Under the pieces are notes generated by a model. The model did no database searches. It worked only from the letters and a program-made list of their open reading frames with translations, and was not told where the DNA came from. A stretch of 64,000 nucleotides of DNA, from assembly GCA_934168275.1 (NCBI GenBank), contig CAKPNA010000003.1:47732-111731 (forward strand), in the 5' to 3' direction. This stretch comes from an uncultured Bacilli bacterium (lineage in GTDB: Bacteria > Bacillota_I > Bacilli_A > RF39 > UBA660). Numbering within the stretch: position 1 is the stretch's first letter; the number at the start of each line of letters is the position of its first letter. Below, piece by piece: positions 40,183 to 50,870 of this stretch. The translations under genes were made by a program, and so were the position numbers.

Positions 40183-43100
40183 GTGAGATGGGTGGATTAT
40201 ATTGAACAAGGAATTGATGTACTATTTGAAAATAAAATAAACTATCAAAAACTTGATAAAATGAGTGATGAAATTAAGAATAGCAAAATTAATAATATAG
40301 AAGAATTTTTTGAAAGAATAAAGAGTATAGATGGTATATCATTAGTAATTGGTAGTAATGGTATAGGAAAAACATATTTATTAGAAGAATTAAAAAAATA
40401 TTTTGAGTTGGATAAAATAGATGTTAATCTAATTAGATTTAGAGACTATGACAATTTAGATTCTATAAAAGGAGCAATTACCTCTACTTCAAAATATATT
40501 ATATTTGATGGCTTAGATGAGATAAATTCAAATGTTCAAAATAATGTTTTAGAATATGTATTATCTATAAAAAATAAAAATGTAATTGTTTCTAGTCGTA
40601 GAGATTTTGTACAAAAAAGAAATTTATTTGATGCAAAATATAATATTTATGAAATAAGACAATTGGAAGAGTATAGAATTGACAATATTTTAAAATCAAA
40701 TGGGTTGAATAAAGAAAATTACAAGAATATATATAATTTATTAAAAATACCAAGATTTTTAATCCATTTATTAAATGTTAAAGATATTGTAGAAGAAAAA
40801 AGTAATATTAATAAATTTGATTTGTTAGAAATGATTGTAAATAGACATTTTGATGTAGTAAATGAGAGAGCTGCGATAAAAATAGAAACCAATATTCATA
40901 AACAAATCTTACAATCATTAGCATTAGTTATGATGATGACTGGTAAGAGTAATTTAACAATGGAGGAATTTACAATTTTTCTCAGTAACATAAATCATCT
41001 CGATATTAAATCTTATATTTTAAATAAAGATATTATTGAAAGTTTTTTGAATAATCAAATTTTACTTAATTATGGTAATTTGATTGGATTTGAAAACAAA
41101 GAAATAATGGAGTTCTTGGCAGCTAAAGAGATATTTGAAAATGAGTTTTCTAATAAAAATTTATTCGACATAGTAACAATCAAAGATACTAATGAAATAA
41201 ATACTTTATGGTTTAATACAATATCATATTTAATATCTAAGTCCAAAATATATTATGATTTAGTTTTAAATTATGTATTTAGTAATTTGCATCTTCAAGA
41301 TAATTTGTTAGACTTATTATTAAGTATAGATTACAATTTTGATGCTAAGGATATTATCACTGAAAATATTGAAAAATTTATTTTTCAATACACAAAACTT
41401 TATCAATATATGCCTTTCTATGATAATACAGACAGTATTTCCAAAATATTAAATGTTGATAGAAAATTATGTTTTAAGAATTTAATAGAAATTTTAGTTA
41501 AACAAAAAATAGAAAAGGATTTAACAGATTTTGATATTGTTTTTATTAATAATACTTTATCTTGTATTAACCATTTATTAGAAAAATATTCATTTGGCAA
41601 AAAAGAAACGACAAAGTTAAAGAATTATTTGCTAAAGAATGAAAAATATTATATCCAAAGCAACAATTTTAAAGTTAGATATTTATATGTATGTTTAAAG
41701 ATTTTTGAAACAGCTGAAATTGATGATTTACTTGAACGTAACGATATTGGTAAAAGATTGTTATCTATATTTTTATATGATAATGTTCATTTGAATAATT
41801 TAACTAAAATTGATGAGCACTTAAATCATTATATATTAAATTGTAGGAATAAGTTCGATGATCACTTTATAATTAACGAAGATTTGATAGCTGAATTTAT
41901 TAATACTAATTATGATTTAAGCAGATTAAAAAATCTTATTAATAATATAAAAGATGATAATAATATTGCAAGTTTTATACATTTTTTAAATTCTAATAAT
42001 TCAAAAAAAATATGGAATAAGTTATCAAAAAAGAGCATTGTAGGTCTTCTATACAATAAAATAATAAAAAAATTAAGTGATGAAAATACAAAAAGTAATC
42101 AAGAGATAAGGGAAGAAATAATGTTTGATCGCCGAAAAGGCGATGCTTTAGGAAAAATAATAGCATTGTGTATGAAATATGATTATATAACTATTGATAG
42201 TTTAAATAATCAAAATTACACTTCTAATTATATTACACAATATATGAGAGAATTGATTATTAAGATGTTCATAATAAATACAAAAAGTATAAATAATTTA
42301 TATGATAAATTGGTTGATAAAAAATCTATATTTAATGTTTGGAGACTTGACTTAGATAATGAAATTAGAATAAAACATGAATCTCAAATTAAAAATCTTT
42401 TCCCATCAGAATTTTTAGAATATAAAAAAGTATTAGAAAAATACCAAGATAAAGAATATGTAAGAGTTGAAGAAGTTTTAAATAAAGTTAGTTCTGCTAA
42501 TAATATATATTATAAAATTGATCGAGTATATGATTTGATTAAGAATGATAGCCAATTTGGTATAGTTAATTCAAATACTATATTTAAGAATACTTTGAAA
42601 TCAATTTCAAAAGAAATTGAAAATCATATTTCAAAGATAGATATTAATAGGTTAATTATTAAAGCTACAAGTAATAAAACTTATACAATAAGCTATGACA
42701 TACAATTATATCCAAAAGCAATATTTGTATTATTAAAAATGGGCTGGGATATAAATAAATATAATGATGTTAATGTTATACTTTTAAATAACAATATAGA
42801 TAAAATTGAACCATCATATAATGATAATAATTATAAAAAGTTATTGAATTATGTTAGTGCAAAAGTATCAAAAGATTATGTTAAACTATACATGTATGAC
42901 ATAATGGAAAAGCTAAAAAAATACAATTCAAATGTTTTGTTTCAAACAATATTTAAATGGTTAGACTATATAAACTTTGATGAGTATCAGATAAATAGTA
43001 TTTTATCTTTTATACTTGATAATATTAATTTGTTGAATGAAAATGAAATAAAAAAACTGAAGAAGTTTAGAAAATACAAAATTTGTCAGGATATATTAAT

Positions 43101-44070
43101 TGAATTAGGATTTGAAAATGAGATAAAAGATAGAATTGATTATATCAAAAAAAATCTTGTTTTTGAAGGAGATTTAATGACTATAGAAGAGAATGGAAAC
43201 TTTGAATATTCTTCTGGAACATATATTAATTCTTTAGCAAAAATTGGTTATAAAAACAAAAAATATATTTTTGATTTATTAGAATATATGTTTAAAAAAT
43301 ATAATGAAGGTGACTATTATCATTTTTCTAAATATATTTTAAATATGGTAACAAAATATATTAATAATATTGATCAATCTAATATTAATGACATAATTGA
43401 TTATATTGTATTGAATGAAAAAAATAATAATAATAGATATTTATATGAAATTTGTAGTAATATTTCTTCACTAAAAAATGTTCAAAATAGAAATATAATC
43501 CAAATAATAAATCAATATAATTCTATTATAACTGATCAACATGTTAAGGTATATTCATATAATGATTTATTTAATATAGTAAAAGAAATATTACAAACTA
43601 ATATATTTGATGATATAATAAGAATCCAATTTTTTGAAATATTTAAGGATAAAAATACCAAAAAAATTAGACCATTGAGGGAAGAAATTTATCAATTCTT
43701 AATTGGTTATGAGTTAAGCAGAATTTTAAATATTAGAGGATTTTCTACTAAAGTAATATATGAATCTACAGCTCCTGATAAAAAAAGAAATGATATTCAA
43801 TTGGTGACAGAAGGATTTATTCAAGACATAGTTATCGAAACAAAACTTTCTAATAATAATGATATATTAAATGAAAAAAATATTAAAGCATATATAAAAA
43901 ATACTTTAGAAAAATACAAAGAAAGGTTTAATTCTCCAAGAATATTATTTGTAATAATTAATCAAAAATTAACAATTAAAACTTGTCAGCAAAAGATTGA
44001 TTGGATTAATAAAAATGGTATTCAGTTCATAGATACAGTACCAATATATTTAGAAAAATATTTTAAATAA
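40183..44070 (+). CDS. NACHT-like STAND P-loop NTPase with long helical region and C-terminal PD-(D/E)xK-like nuclease motif
   Basis: 1295 aa. Walker A VIGSNGIGKTYLL, Walker B YIIFDGLDEI, then VIVSSRR (NACHT-style sensor). C-terminus RNDIQLVTEGFIQDIVIETKL (D...ExK). The start is uncertain (GTG 40183 or 40192). Confidence 0.7.
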   Translation: MRWVDYIEQGIDVLFENKINYQKLDKMSDEIKNSKINNIEEFFERIKSIDGISLVIGSNGIGKTYLLEELKKYFELDKIDVNLIRFRDYDNLDSIKGAITSTSKYIIFDGLDEINSNVQNNVLEYVLSIKNKNVIVSSRRDFVQKRNLFDAKYNIYEIRQLEEYRIDNILKSNGLNKENYKNIYNLLKIPRFLIHLLNVKDIVEEKSNINKFDLLEMIVNRHFDVVNERAAIKIETNIHKQILQSLALVMMMTGKSNLTMEEFTIFLSNINHLDIKSYILNKDIIESFLNNQILLNYGNLIGFENKEIMEFLAAKEIFENEFSNKNLFDIVTIKDTNEINTLWFNTISYLISKSKIYYDLVLNYVFSNLHLQDNLLDLLLSIDYNFDAKDIITENIEKFIFQYTKLYQYMPFYDNTDSISKILNVDRKLCFKNLIEILVKQKIEKDLTDFDIVFINNTLSCINHLLEKYSFGKKETTKLKNYLLKNEKYYIQSNNFKVRYLYVCLKIFETAEIDDLLERNDIGKRLLSIFLYDNVHLNNLTKIDEHLNHYILNCRNKFDDHFIINEDLIAEFINTNYDLSRLKNLINNIKDDNNIASFIHFLNSNNSKKIWNKLSKKSIVGLLYNKIIKKLSDENTKSNQEIREEIMFDRRKGDALGKIIALCMKYDYITIDSLNNQNYTSNYITQYMRELIIKMFIINTKSINNLYDKLVDKKSIFNVWRLDLDNEIRIKHESQIKNLFPSEFLEYKKVLEKYQDKEYVRVEEVLNKVSSANNIYYKIDRVYDLIKNDSQFGIVNSNTIFKNTLKSISKEIENHISKIDINRLIIKATSNKTYTISYDIQLYPKAIFVLLKMGWDINKYNDVNVILLNNNIDKIEPSYNDNNYKKLLNYVSAKVSKDYVKLYMYDIMEKLKKYNSNVLFQTIFKWLDYINFDEYQINSILSFILDNINLLNENEIKKLKKFRKYKICQDILIELGFENEIKDRIDYIKKNLVFEGDLMTIEENGNFEYSSGTYINSLAKIGYKNKKYIFDLLEYMFKKYNEGDYYHFSKYILNMVTKYINNIDQSNINDIIDYIVLNEKNNNNRYLYEICSNISSLKNVQNRNIIQIINQYNSIITDQHVKVYSYNDLFNIVKEILQTNIFDDIIRIQFFEIFKDKNTKKIRPLREEIYQFLIGYELSRILNIRGFSTKVIYESTAPDKKRNDIQLVTEGFIQDIVIETKLSNNNDILNEKNIKAYIKNTLEKYKERFNSPRILFVIINQKLTIKTCQQKIDWINKNGIQFIDTVPIYLEKYFK

Positions 44071-44082
44071 AGATTTATTAAT

Positions 44083-44116
44083 GCACTAATTTTTTAAAAA
44101 ATTAGTGCTATTTTTT
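44083..44116 (+). terminator. Rho-independent terminator after the NACHT-like gene
   Basis: gcactaatttttt/aaaaaattagtgc perfect hairpin followed by T6. Confidence 0.75.
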
Positions 44117-44150
44117 GCTAAAAAACAGTAAAAAAATTATTAAAAAATTT

Positions 44151-44273
44151 ACCATCTTACCAGAGATAACTTACTAGTCTTGTACAATAAATCAAGCATG
44201 GTGTTGACACACCCGTTAATGCTTGTTAGGGAGCATCCCTAAAACCTATAAAAATAGTCTCTGACAGTTACTA
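44151..44273 (+). other. GC-rich structured non-coding patch (candidate ncRNA or cis element)
   Basis: No ORF of 60 aa or more on either strand in 44071-44339. Local stems aagcat(ggtg-ttgaca-cacc)...atgctt, taggga-gca-tcccta and cagaga...tctctg. Clearly more G+C than the surrounding DNA. Confidence 0.35.
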
Positions 44274-44339
44274 AAATTTTATTATTTTTATTGTGTAAAA
44301 TTGATTTACTCAAATATAATAAAATGATATAATATTGTT

Positions 44340-44942
44340 ATGAAAGTAAATGGTGATTCTATGACTAATGAAGATAAAATTAAACATTTTTTAGATACTA
44401 ATCATGGATACATATCTACATCAGATTTTTTAAAACTAAATATTAGTAAACCATTGATAAAAAAATATGTTGATAATGGTTTAATAAAAAAAGTTTCTCA
44501 TGGATTCTACATAAATAGTAACTTGTTAGTAGATGATGAATATGTTTTTCAAAAAAGATATCCTGATGCTATCTATTCATATAAGACAGCATTAAGTATG
44601 TTAGGTTTAATTAAAGAATTACCAAAAGAAATCGAAATAACGGTTAATAGTAAAAAAAGAGTTTTAAGTAATTATAAAGTACATTATGTAGCAGATAAAT
44701 ATTATGATATAGGAATTATTGAAATTAATAGTATGTTTAATAATCCAATTAAAACCTATAATGCTGAAAGATGCATTTGTGATATGTTAAAAAGTGATGA
44801 CTTTGATTTAGAATTGCAAAATAATATATTACATGATTATTTTAATAATAGTGATAAAGATATAGATAAGTTATTAGAGTATTCTAAAGTATTTAATATA
44901 TATGAAAAAGTTAGAACTTTAGTAGATTATGCAGTGAGATAG
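44340..44942 (+). CDS. AbiEi-like (type IV TA antitoxin family) wHTH domain protein
   Basis: 200 aa. N-terminal GYISTSDFLKLNISKPLIKKYVDNGLIKKVSHGFY resembles the AbiEi_4 N-terminal domain. The start may be ATG 44361. Confidence 0.65.
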   Translation: MKVNGDSMTNEDKIKHFLDTNHGYISTSDFLKLNISKPLIKKYVDNGLIKKVSHGFYINSNLLVDDEYVFQKRYPDAIYSYKTALSMLGLIKELPKEIEITVNSKKRVLSNYKVHYVADKYYDIGIIEINSMFNNPIKTYNAERCICDMLKSDDFDLELQNNILHDYFNNSDKDIDKLLEYSKVFNIYEKVRTLVDYAVR

Positions 44943-44954
44943 GAGGTTAATTAA

Positions 44955-45791
44955 ATGAGTGAAAAAGAATTGGATTCAAGTAACATTGAATATACAGAAG
45001 AAACTAAACCAGAAGGATATGTAAAACAACTAGAGTGGGATATGGCTATAGGTCTTCAAGAAGTAGATAATTTAAAGCCTTCTAAATATTTAGAAAAATT
45101 GTTAGAAGAAAATGTTAGTGGTAATTTAACTATTAAACAAGTAGAAGAAGAACTAAGAGAATATTACATTGAAAAAGATAAAAAACAAGAATTAAATCAT
45201 AATGAATTAGAATGTGATTTTGTATCAACAAGAATTGTTGAATTATTACAAATTGATAATTTTGAATTGTCTGTAGATTATTTAAAATACATTCATAAAT
45301 ATTTATTTCAAGATGTTTATGAATTTGCGGGTGAATTTAGAAATATAGATTTTTCTAAACATGAGAAAATACTTAATAATGATTCAGTTGCTTATGGTGA
45401 TTGTAAAACATTAAAAGAATCATTAGAATATGATATTTCTTTAGAAAAAGAAAAGAATTATATAGATATGAGTGTTGTAGAAGTAATAAATAATATTACC
45501 AAATTTTCATCTAGTATATGGCAAGTACATCCATTTAGAGAAGGTAATACAAGAACAACAGCATTATTTATAGAAAAATATCTAATTAGTTTAGGTTATG
45601 AAGTAGATAATACTTTATTTAAAGATAAGTCTGTTTATTTTAGAAATGCATTAGTAAGGAGTAATTATTTTAATAATTATTTAAATATTAAAGAAGATAG
45701 TAGTTATTTAGTTAAATTTTATGAAAATTTGTTGTTAGGTAAAAACAATAATTTACATTCACAGGATTTAATTGTTAAAGAATTGTTTTAA
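44955..45791 (+). CDS. Fic/DOC-family protein (putative AMPylase or related)
   Basis: 278 aa. Fic core [14 protein letters not shown] (HxFx[D/E]GNxRxxR-like). GGAGG RBS 13 nt after the upstream stop. Confidence 0.8.
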   Translation: MSEKELDSSNIEYTEETKPEGYVKQLEWDMAIGLQEVDNLKPSKYLEKLLEENVSGNLTIKQVEEELREYYIEKDKKQELNHNELECDFVSTRIVELLQIDNFELSVDYLKYIHKYLFQDVYEFAGEFRNIDFSKHEKILNNDSVAYGDCKTLKESLEYDISLEKEKNYIDMSVVEVINNITKFSSSIWQVHPFREGNTRTTALFIEKYLISLGYEVDNTLFKDKSVYFRNALVRSNYFNNYLNIKEDSSYLVKFYENLLLGKNNNLHSQDLIVKELF

Positions 45792-45808
45792 GAAATGAGG
45801 TAATAATT

Positions 45809-47683
45809 ATGGATTTTGATCAAATGAGTAAAGATGACTTGATTAATTATATAAAATCATTAAATGAAGAAAAATCAGGCAAGTTGGGACTAATATGGGA
45901 TAGAGAAAAAGTGCCAGAAGATATTGTTTTGGAATGCAACAAGAAAATTCCTGTATTAAAAAATATATCTGAAAAGAATATTATAACGTCTAACAATAAA
46001 TGTAATAATAATAACTTATTGATTGAAGGCGATAATTTTCATAGTTTAAGCGTTCTATCATATACACATAATGAAAGCATTGATGTTATATATATTGATC
46101 CTCCATATAATACAGGGAGTGAAGATTTTGTATATAATGATAAATATGTTAATTCAGAAGATGGATATAGACATAGTAAATGGTTGAATTTTATGGATAA
46201 AAGGCTTAAAATAGCAAGAAGACTATTAAAACAAGATGGTGTTATTTTTATATCTATTGATGATAATGAATATGCACAATTAAAATTATTATGTGATGAA
46301 ATTTTTGGCGAAAATAATTTGCTTTCTATACACCATATGCAAGTTAGGTATGATAATAAAAGTTTGAATGAAGATAATGATTGGCAACCAGTAATGGAAT
46401 ATGTTCTAATATATGCAAAAAGGAAAAATTTATTCAAAGCAAATAAGCACTGCGAAGAATATGATCTTTCAAAATTTCAATATAAGATTACTGAACTAAC
46501 TAAAGGTACAACTTTAAAAATAGGTAATAAAACAGTTACTATCTTTAAAGATGGTGAATGGAAGATAGAAAAAGGTAAAGGGAAAATCGGATTGTTAAAA
46601 GAAACTTGGGCATCAGGGAGCATAGTTAGACAAAGCGGCACTGCTGCAGAATTTTTGTCAAAATATTTGATTAAAAGAAAAGATCAAGATGGTTTAAATG
46701 TTTTATATAAAATTCATAATATGGGAGAAGATGGATTAGGATATAGATATGTAACTGGTCCAAAGAGACATGATGCCATTCGTGGAAAGTTTTATTCTGG
46801 TGTTCCTTTAGAACGAATAAAGGAAATTGAAAATAATGGTTTCTCAAAAAAAACAAGGCCTATTTCAAATTACTATGATTTTAGTGCTGATTTTGGAAAT
46901 ATACGAAATGAAGGTGGAATACCATTTAATAATGGCAAAAAACCAATTAAGATGTTAAAAGAGTTAATTAATTATCATCCAAATAAAAATGCATTAGTAT
47001 TGGACTTTTTTGCTGGATCAGGAAGTACTGGACATGCCGTATTAGAATTAAATAAAGAAGATGGTGGAGAAAGAAGGTTTATATTATGTACTAATAACGA
47101 AATTAGCTTAAAGGACGAAAAAGAATTTAAGAAAAAAAATAATATAAATGATGAAACTCTGATTGAATATAAGAAAAAAAATAATAAAAAATGGTTGAAA
47201 TTTATTGAAGAAAAGGGAATTTGTAATTCTATAACATATCCTAGAATTAATAATGTGATTAATGGATATAAGAACAAAAAAGGATTAGTTGGGAATTTAC
47301 TATATTTTAAAACAGAATTCGTTGAAGTTAACGGTTCAAAAGACCAATTATATTATGATTTAACTGAAAAATGCATTCCAATGTTGTGTATAAAAGAAAA
47401 TACTCATGTTTTAGTTAGAAAAGATAACGAATATTGTATATATTCTAATGAAGAAAAGACAAAATATACTTGTGTCTATTTTGATGCTTTTGGAAATAAT
47501 TATAATAAATTTATAAATGATATTGAAAATATTTATGAATTTAAGGCATTATATATATTTACTTTAGGAAATGAAATAAATCAGAATGAACTAGTCGATG
47601 TACACAATTATGAAGTGGAACCAATTCCATATAAAATTTTAGAGTTATATAATAAAATAATTGATTTAAGTAGGGAGATATAA
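45809..47683 (+). CDS. mod: Type III restriction-modification DNA methyltransferase (beta-class N6-adenine/N4-cytosine)
   Basis: 624 aa. Motif [12 protein letters not shown] precedes motif [14 protein letters not shown], with a variable region between them. Followed directly by the res helicase. Confidence 0.85.
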   Translation: MDFDQMSKDDLINYIKSLNEEKSGKLGLIWDREKVPEDIVLECNKKIPVLKNISEKNIITSNNKCNNNNLLIEGDNFHSLSVLSYTHNESIDVIYIDPPYNTGSEDFVYNDKYVNSEDGYRHSKWLNFMDKRLKIARRLLKQDGVIFISIDDNEYAQLKLLCDEIFGENNLLSIHHMQVRYDNKSLNEDNDWQPVMEYVLIYAKRKNLFKANKHCEEYDLSKFQYKITELTKGTTLKIGNKTVTIFKDGEWKIEKGKGKIGLLKETWASGSIVRQSGTAAEFLSKYLIKRKDQDGLNVLYKIHNMGEDGLGYRYVTGPKRHDAIRGKFYSGVPLERIKEIENNGFSKKTRPISNYYDFSADFGNIRNEGGIPFNNGKKPIKMLKELINYHPNKNALVLDFFAGSGSTGHAVLELNKEDGGERRFILCTNNEISLKDEKEFKKKNNINDETLIEYKKKNNKKWLKFIEEKGICNSITYPRINNVINGYKNKKGLVGNLLYFKTEFVEVNGSKDQLYYDLTEKCIPMLCIKENTHVLVRKDNEYCIYSNEEKTKYTCVYFDAFGNNYNKFINDIENIYEFKALYIFTLGNEINQNELVDVHNYEVEPIPYKILELYNKIIDLSREI

Positions 47684-47685
47684 TT

Positions 47686-49986
47686 ATGAAAGAATTAAAA
47701 AGATATCAGGAGCAAGCAATAAAGCAGTTGATAACAGCCTCTAAAATGTTTTTTGAAACAGATAACAATGAAACTATTGTATTTCAATCACCAACGGGCA
47801 GTGGAAAAACATTTATGATGACTAATTATATTTCTGAAATTATTAGAGATACGCAGTTGAATTTATGCTTTTTATGGGTATCAATTGGAAACGGAAATTT
47901 ACATGTTCAAAGTTACAATAGTGTTAAGAAAAATATATCATCACTTGTTGATTGTAGTTTGTTAGAAGAAGACTTTTTTGGGAAAAGAAAAAAAATTAAC
48001 AAAAATGAAATAGTGTTTTTAAATTGGGAAAAGATAAGGCAAAAGGATGGTATAACAGGACAATATACAAATAATGTTATGAAGGATAAGGATGATATAA
48101 ATTTTATAGAAGTTCTTGAAAATACACGAAACAATGATACAAAAATAATATTAATTATAGATGAAAGTCACAAATCATCTAATACTATAAGAGCAAGAGA
48201 ACTTAGAGATGAGATAATAAAACCTTTCCTAACAATAGAGATGAGTGCTACTCCAGTACTTACTTCAGATATGCAAATGAAAGTTACAGTAGACCCAAAC
48301 AAAGTAATAGAAGAAGGAATGATAAAGAAAGAAATTATCATTAATAAAGATATATCATCAATATCTAATAATGATATATTCTCACAGAATTTAATTTTAG
48401 AAAGTGCATATCAAAAACGTTTATATTTGAAAAAAATGTATGAAAAACAAAAAGCTAATATAAATCCATTAGTATTAATACAATTACCAAATTCAGATGC
48501 TGGTGAAATTAAGAAAAAAGCAGTTTTAGATTTTTTGGAAAGCAAAAATATAAATATTGATAGTGGAAAAATCGGTATATGGTTGACAGAAGATAAGATG
48601 AATATTGAAAGTGAAGAATTAACTAAAAATGACAGTAAAGTAGAATTTTTATTATTTAAGCAAGCTGTTGATACTGGATGGGATTGTCCTAGAGCACAGA
48701 TACTTGTAAAATTTAGAGAGTCAAATAGCATTATATTTGAAATTCAAACGGTAGGAAGAATATTAAGAATGCCTGAGGCAAAGCATTACGATTGTGACGA
48801 TTTAAATATTGCATATGTTTATACAAATATTAAATCCATTGAGATAAAAAAAGAAGTTTATAATCCTAATATTATAAAATCAATTTGTTCTAAAAGAACT
48901 GAGAATTATGGCAATATTAAATTGAGGTCATATTATAAAAATAGAATTGATTTTGGTGATATAACTAGTGAATATACAATGTTTTTTGAGCGTGCTTTTT
49001 GTAGATTTTTCAAAATAGACTATAAGGATAATGAAATTCCAAATTACAAGGAATCATTAAAAAAACTAATACAAAATGGAATTAAAACAAATTATGATGA
49101 AATGGATACTATCTTAAATAGTATAGAACTGGAAACAAATAATATAGATTCTGGAATGGTAGTAAGGGAAGATAGCGTAGTATATATGAAATTATCACCA
49201 GATGATTTAGATATTAGATATAATAAAATTCTATTAAAGAATATAGGAAATTTTTCTCCTAGTAGATCTATCTCTAAATTAAAAACAGCTATATTATATG
49301 TATTTAGAAAATATTTAAATATGAAACCTTCAGATGGCGGAATAACTATTATTCAAAATTTTATTGTTAGAAATGAAGAAATATTTGAAAAGGTTTTGTC
49401 GTTGGCTTTGGATGAATATAAAAGTTTTCATGAAAAAGATATTGAATTAAAAAATCCCGGCAGATATAATGATGATTGGGAAATTTTAACTAGCAAAAAT
49501 TATAATCCTGAAACTAATGTTGAGGTAAAATCTAAATTATCAATTTATCAACCACTGTACTTGCCTTGTGATAATAATGGGAAGGTTGATGAACTAGAAC
49601 TAAAATTCATAGAATATTTAGAAGAAAATAATGAATTTATTAAATGGTTTTGGAAGAATGGTGACGAACATATGGAATCAAATTTTGGAATTAGGAAAGA
49701 AAATGGTTCTACTTTTCAACCAGATTTTATTATTTCATTTGTTGATGGAAGTATAGGAATATTTGATACAAAAGCAATTGGATTTAATGAAAATGATAAT
49801 ATAAGTAAATCTAATGCATTATATAAATATGTATCTGATGAAAGATTTAAAGGAAAGAACATAGTTGGAGGTTTAGTTGTGTATACATCACAAGGTTTTA
49901 GATATTTCAGTGAATCACAATACAAGAGTTATAATGAATCTCCAGAAAGTTGGATGGATTTTGATGACTTTTTTAAAAAAATCTGA
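47686..49986 (+). CDS. res: Type III restriction enzyme Res subunit (SF2 helicase plus C-terminal PD-DxK nuclease)
   Basis: 766 aa. Motif I FQSPTGSGKTFMM, motif II LIIDESHK, motif VI QTVGRILRM, C-terminal QPDFIISF...GIFDTKA. Starts 3 nt after the mod stop. Confidence 0.85.
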   Translation: MKELKRYQEQAIKQLITASKMFFETDNNETIVFQSPTGSGKTFMMTNYISEIIRDTQLNLCFLWVSIGNGNLHVQSYNSVKKNISSLVDCSLLEEDFFGKRKKINKNEIVFLNWEKIRQKDGITGQYTNNVMKDKDDINFIEVLENTRNNDTKIILIIDESHKSSNTIRARELRDEIIKPFLTIEMSATPVLTSDMQMKVTVDPNKVIEEGMIKKEIIINKDISSISNNDIFSQNLILESAYQKRLYLKKMYEKQKANINPLVLIQLPNSDAGEIKKKAVLDFLESKNINIDSGKIGIWLTEDKMNIESEELTKNDSKVEFLLFKQAVDTGWDCPRAQILVKFRESNSIIFEIQTVGRILRMPEAKHYDCDDLNIAYVYTNIKSIEIKKEVYNPNIIKSICSKRTENYGNIKLRSYYKNRIDFGDITSEYTMFFERAFCRFFKIDYKDNEIPNYKESLKKLIQNGIKTNYDEMDTILNSIELETNNIDSGMVVREDSVVYMKLSPDDLDIRYNKILLKNIGNFSPSRSISKLKTAILYVFRKYLNMKPSDGGITIIQNFIVRNEEIFEKVLSLALDEYKSFHEKDIELKNPGRYNDDWEILTSKNYNPETNVEVKSKLSIYQPLYLPCDNNGKVDELELKFIEYLEENNEFIKWFWKNGDEHMESNFGIRKENGSTFQPDFIISFVDGSIGIFDTKAIGFNENDNISKSNALYKYVSDERFKGKNIVGGLVVYTSQGFRYFSESQYKSYNESPESWMDFDDFFKKI

Positions 49987-50205
49987 TATAATTAAATTAG
50001 GGTACGAGGAGTGTGCTCAAAAAAGTCGACTTTATTAAAGGAAGTTTATGTAATGTTCTCAATAGAACTTAACAAGAATGAAGTGCCAAAATTAAAGGGA
50101 AGTACTAGTGTATTTCTAGAATTGCTGTACTATTCTTTGTTCAGTTCTTTTTCTTATGCTCTAAAAGACTGATAAATAATAGACTATTAAGGTAATCTTA
50201 TATCA

Positions 50206-50736
50206 ATGAATATGGAAAGAGATATTGAACCTTTTATTAAATTAGTTTTTCCAACAAGTTTATTGGGAGATAAGAATTTAACACCACTTGAAAGATTACT
50301 ATTAATTTACATTTTGTCACTTTGTAAGAAGTATGGATATTGCTGGGCTACTAATGAATTTTTTAGTAATAGTTTTAATGTTAGTAGGCAAACAATATCA
50401 AAGAGTATAAGTAGTTTATCTAATTATGGTTATATTGTTTTGATGTATGATAAGAAAGAGCAGAATAATTCTAAAAGAAAAATTATGATATCAGAGGTAT
50501 TCAAAAAAAGAATATCAGATATACAAGAAAATCTTAATACTAGTAATCAAGAAAACTTTAAACAATATAATAAAAATAATAGTATAAGTAAAAATATAGG
50601 TCCTGTTATAGAATATGATGATAAAGGTAATATCATATCTTGGAATGGTAAACCTACAACATCAGAACCTATGAGTGAAGAAGAAATTAAAGAATTAGAA
50701 ATGTTAATAAATGAAATAACAAAAGGAGATGAATAA
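50206..50736 (+). CDS. Winged-helix / HTH domain protein (replication-organiser or regulator-like)
   Basis: 176 aa. LTPLERLLLIYILSLCKKYGYCWATNEFFSNSFNVSRQTISKSISSLSNYGYIVL is an HTH pattern common in mobile-element regulators or Rep-organisers. Confidence 0.6.
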   Translation: MNMERDIEPFIKLVFPTSLLGDKNLTPLERLLLIYILSLCKKYGYCWATNEFFSNSFNVSRQTISKSISSLSNYGYIVLMYDKKEQNNSKRKIMISEVFKKRISDIQENLNTSNQENFKQYNKNNSISKNIGPVIEYDDKGNIISWNGKPTTSEPMSEEEIKELEMLINEITKGDE

Positions 50737-50777
50737 TTTATTGTTTAACAAAGTCATACACTATAAAGAGGTGACTT

Positions 50778-50870
50778 ATGTTTAATATAATAGAAACATT
50801 TAAAAAAGATTCTCCTGATTTAACCTTGTTGATAACTAATTATATAAAAAGAGTAATGGATAATGAGTAG
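50778..50870 (+). CDS. 30-codon micro-ORF with a strong RBS, upstream of the recombinase
   Basis: AAAGAGGTGA, 4-nt spacer, ATG 50778. MFNIIETFKKDSPDLTLLITNYIKRVMDNE*. Below the ORF-track cutoff. Confidence 0.3.
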   Translation: MFNIIETFKKDSPDLTLLITNYIKRVMDNE

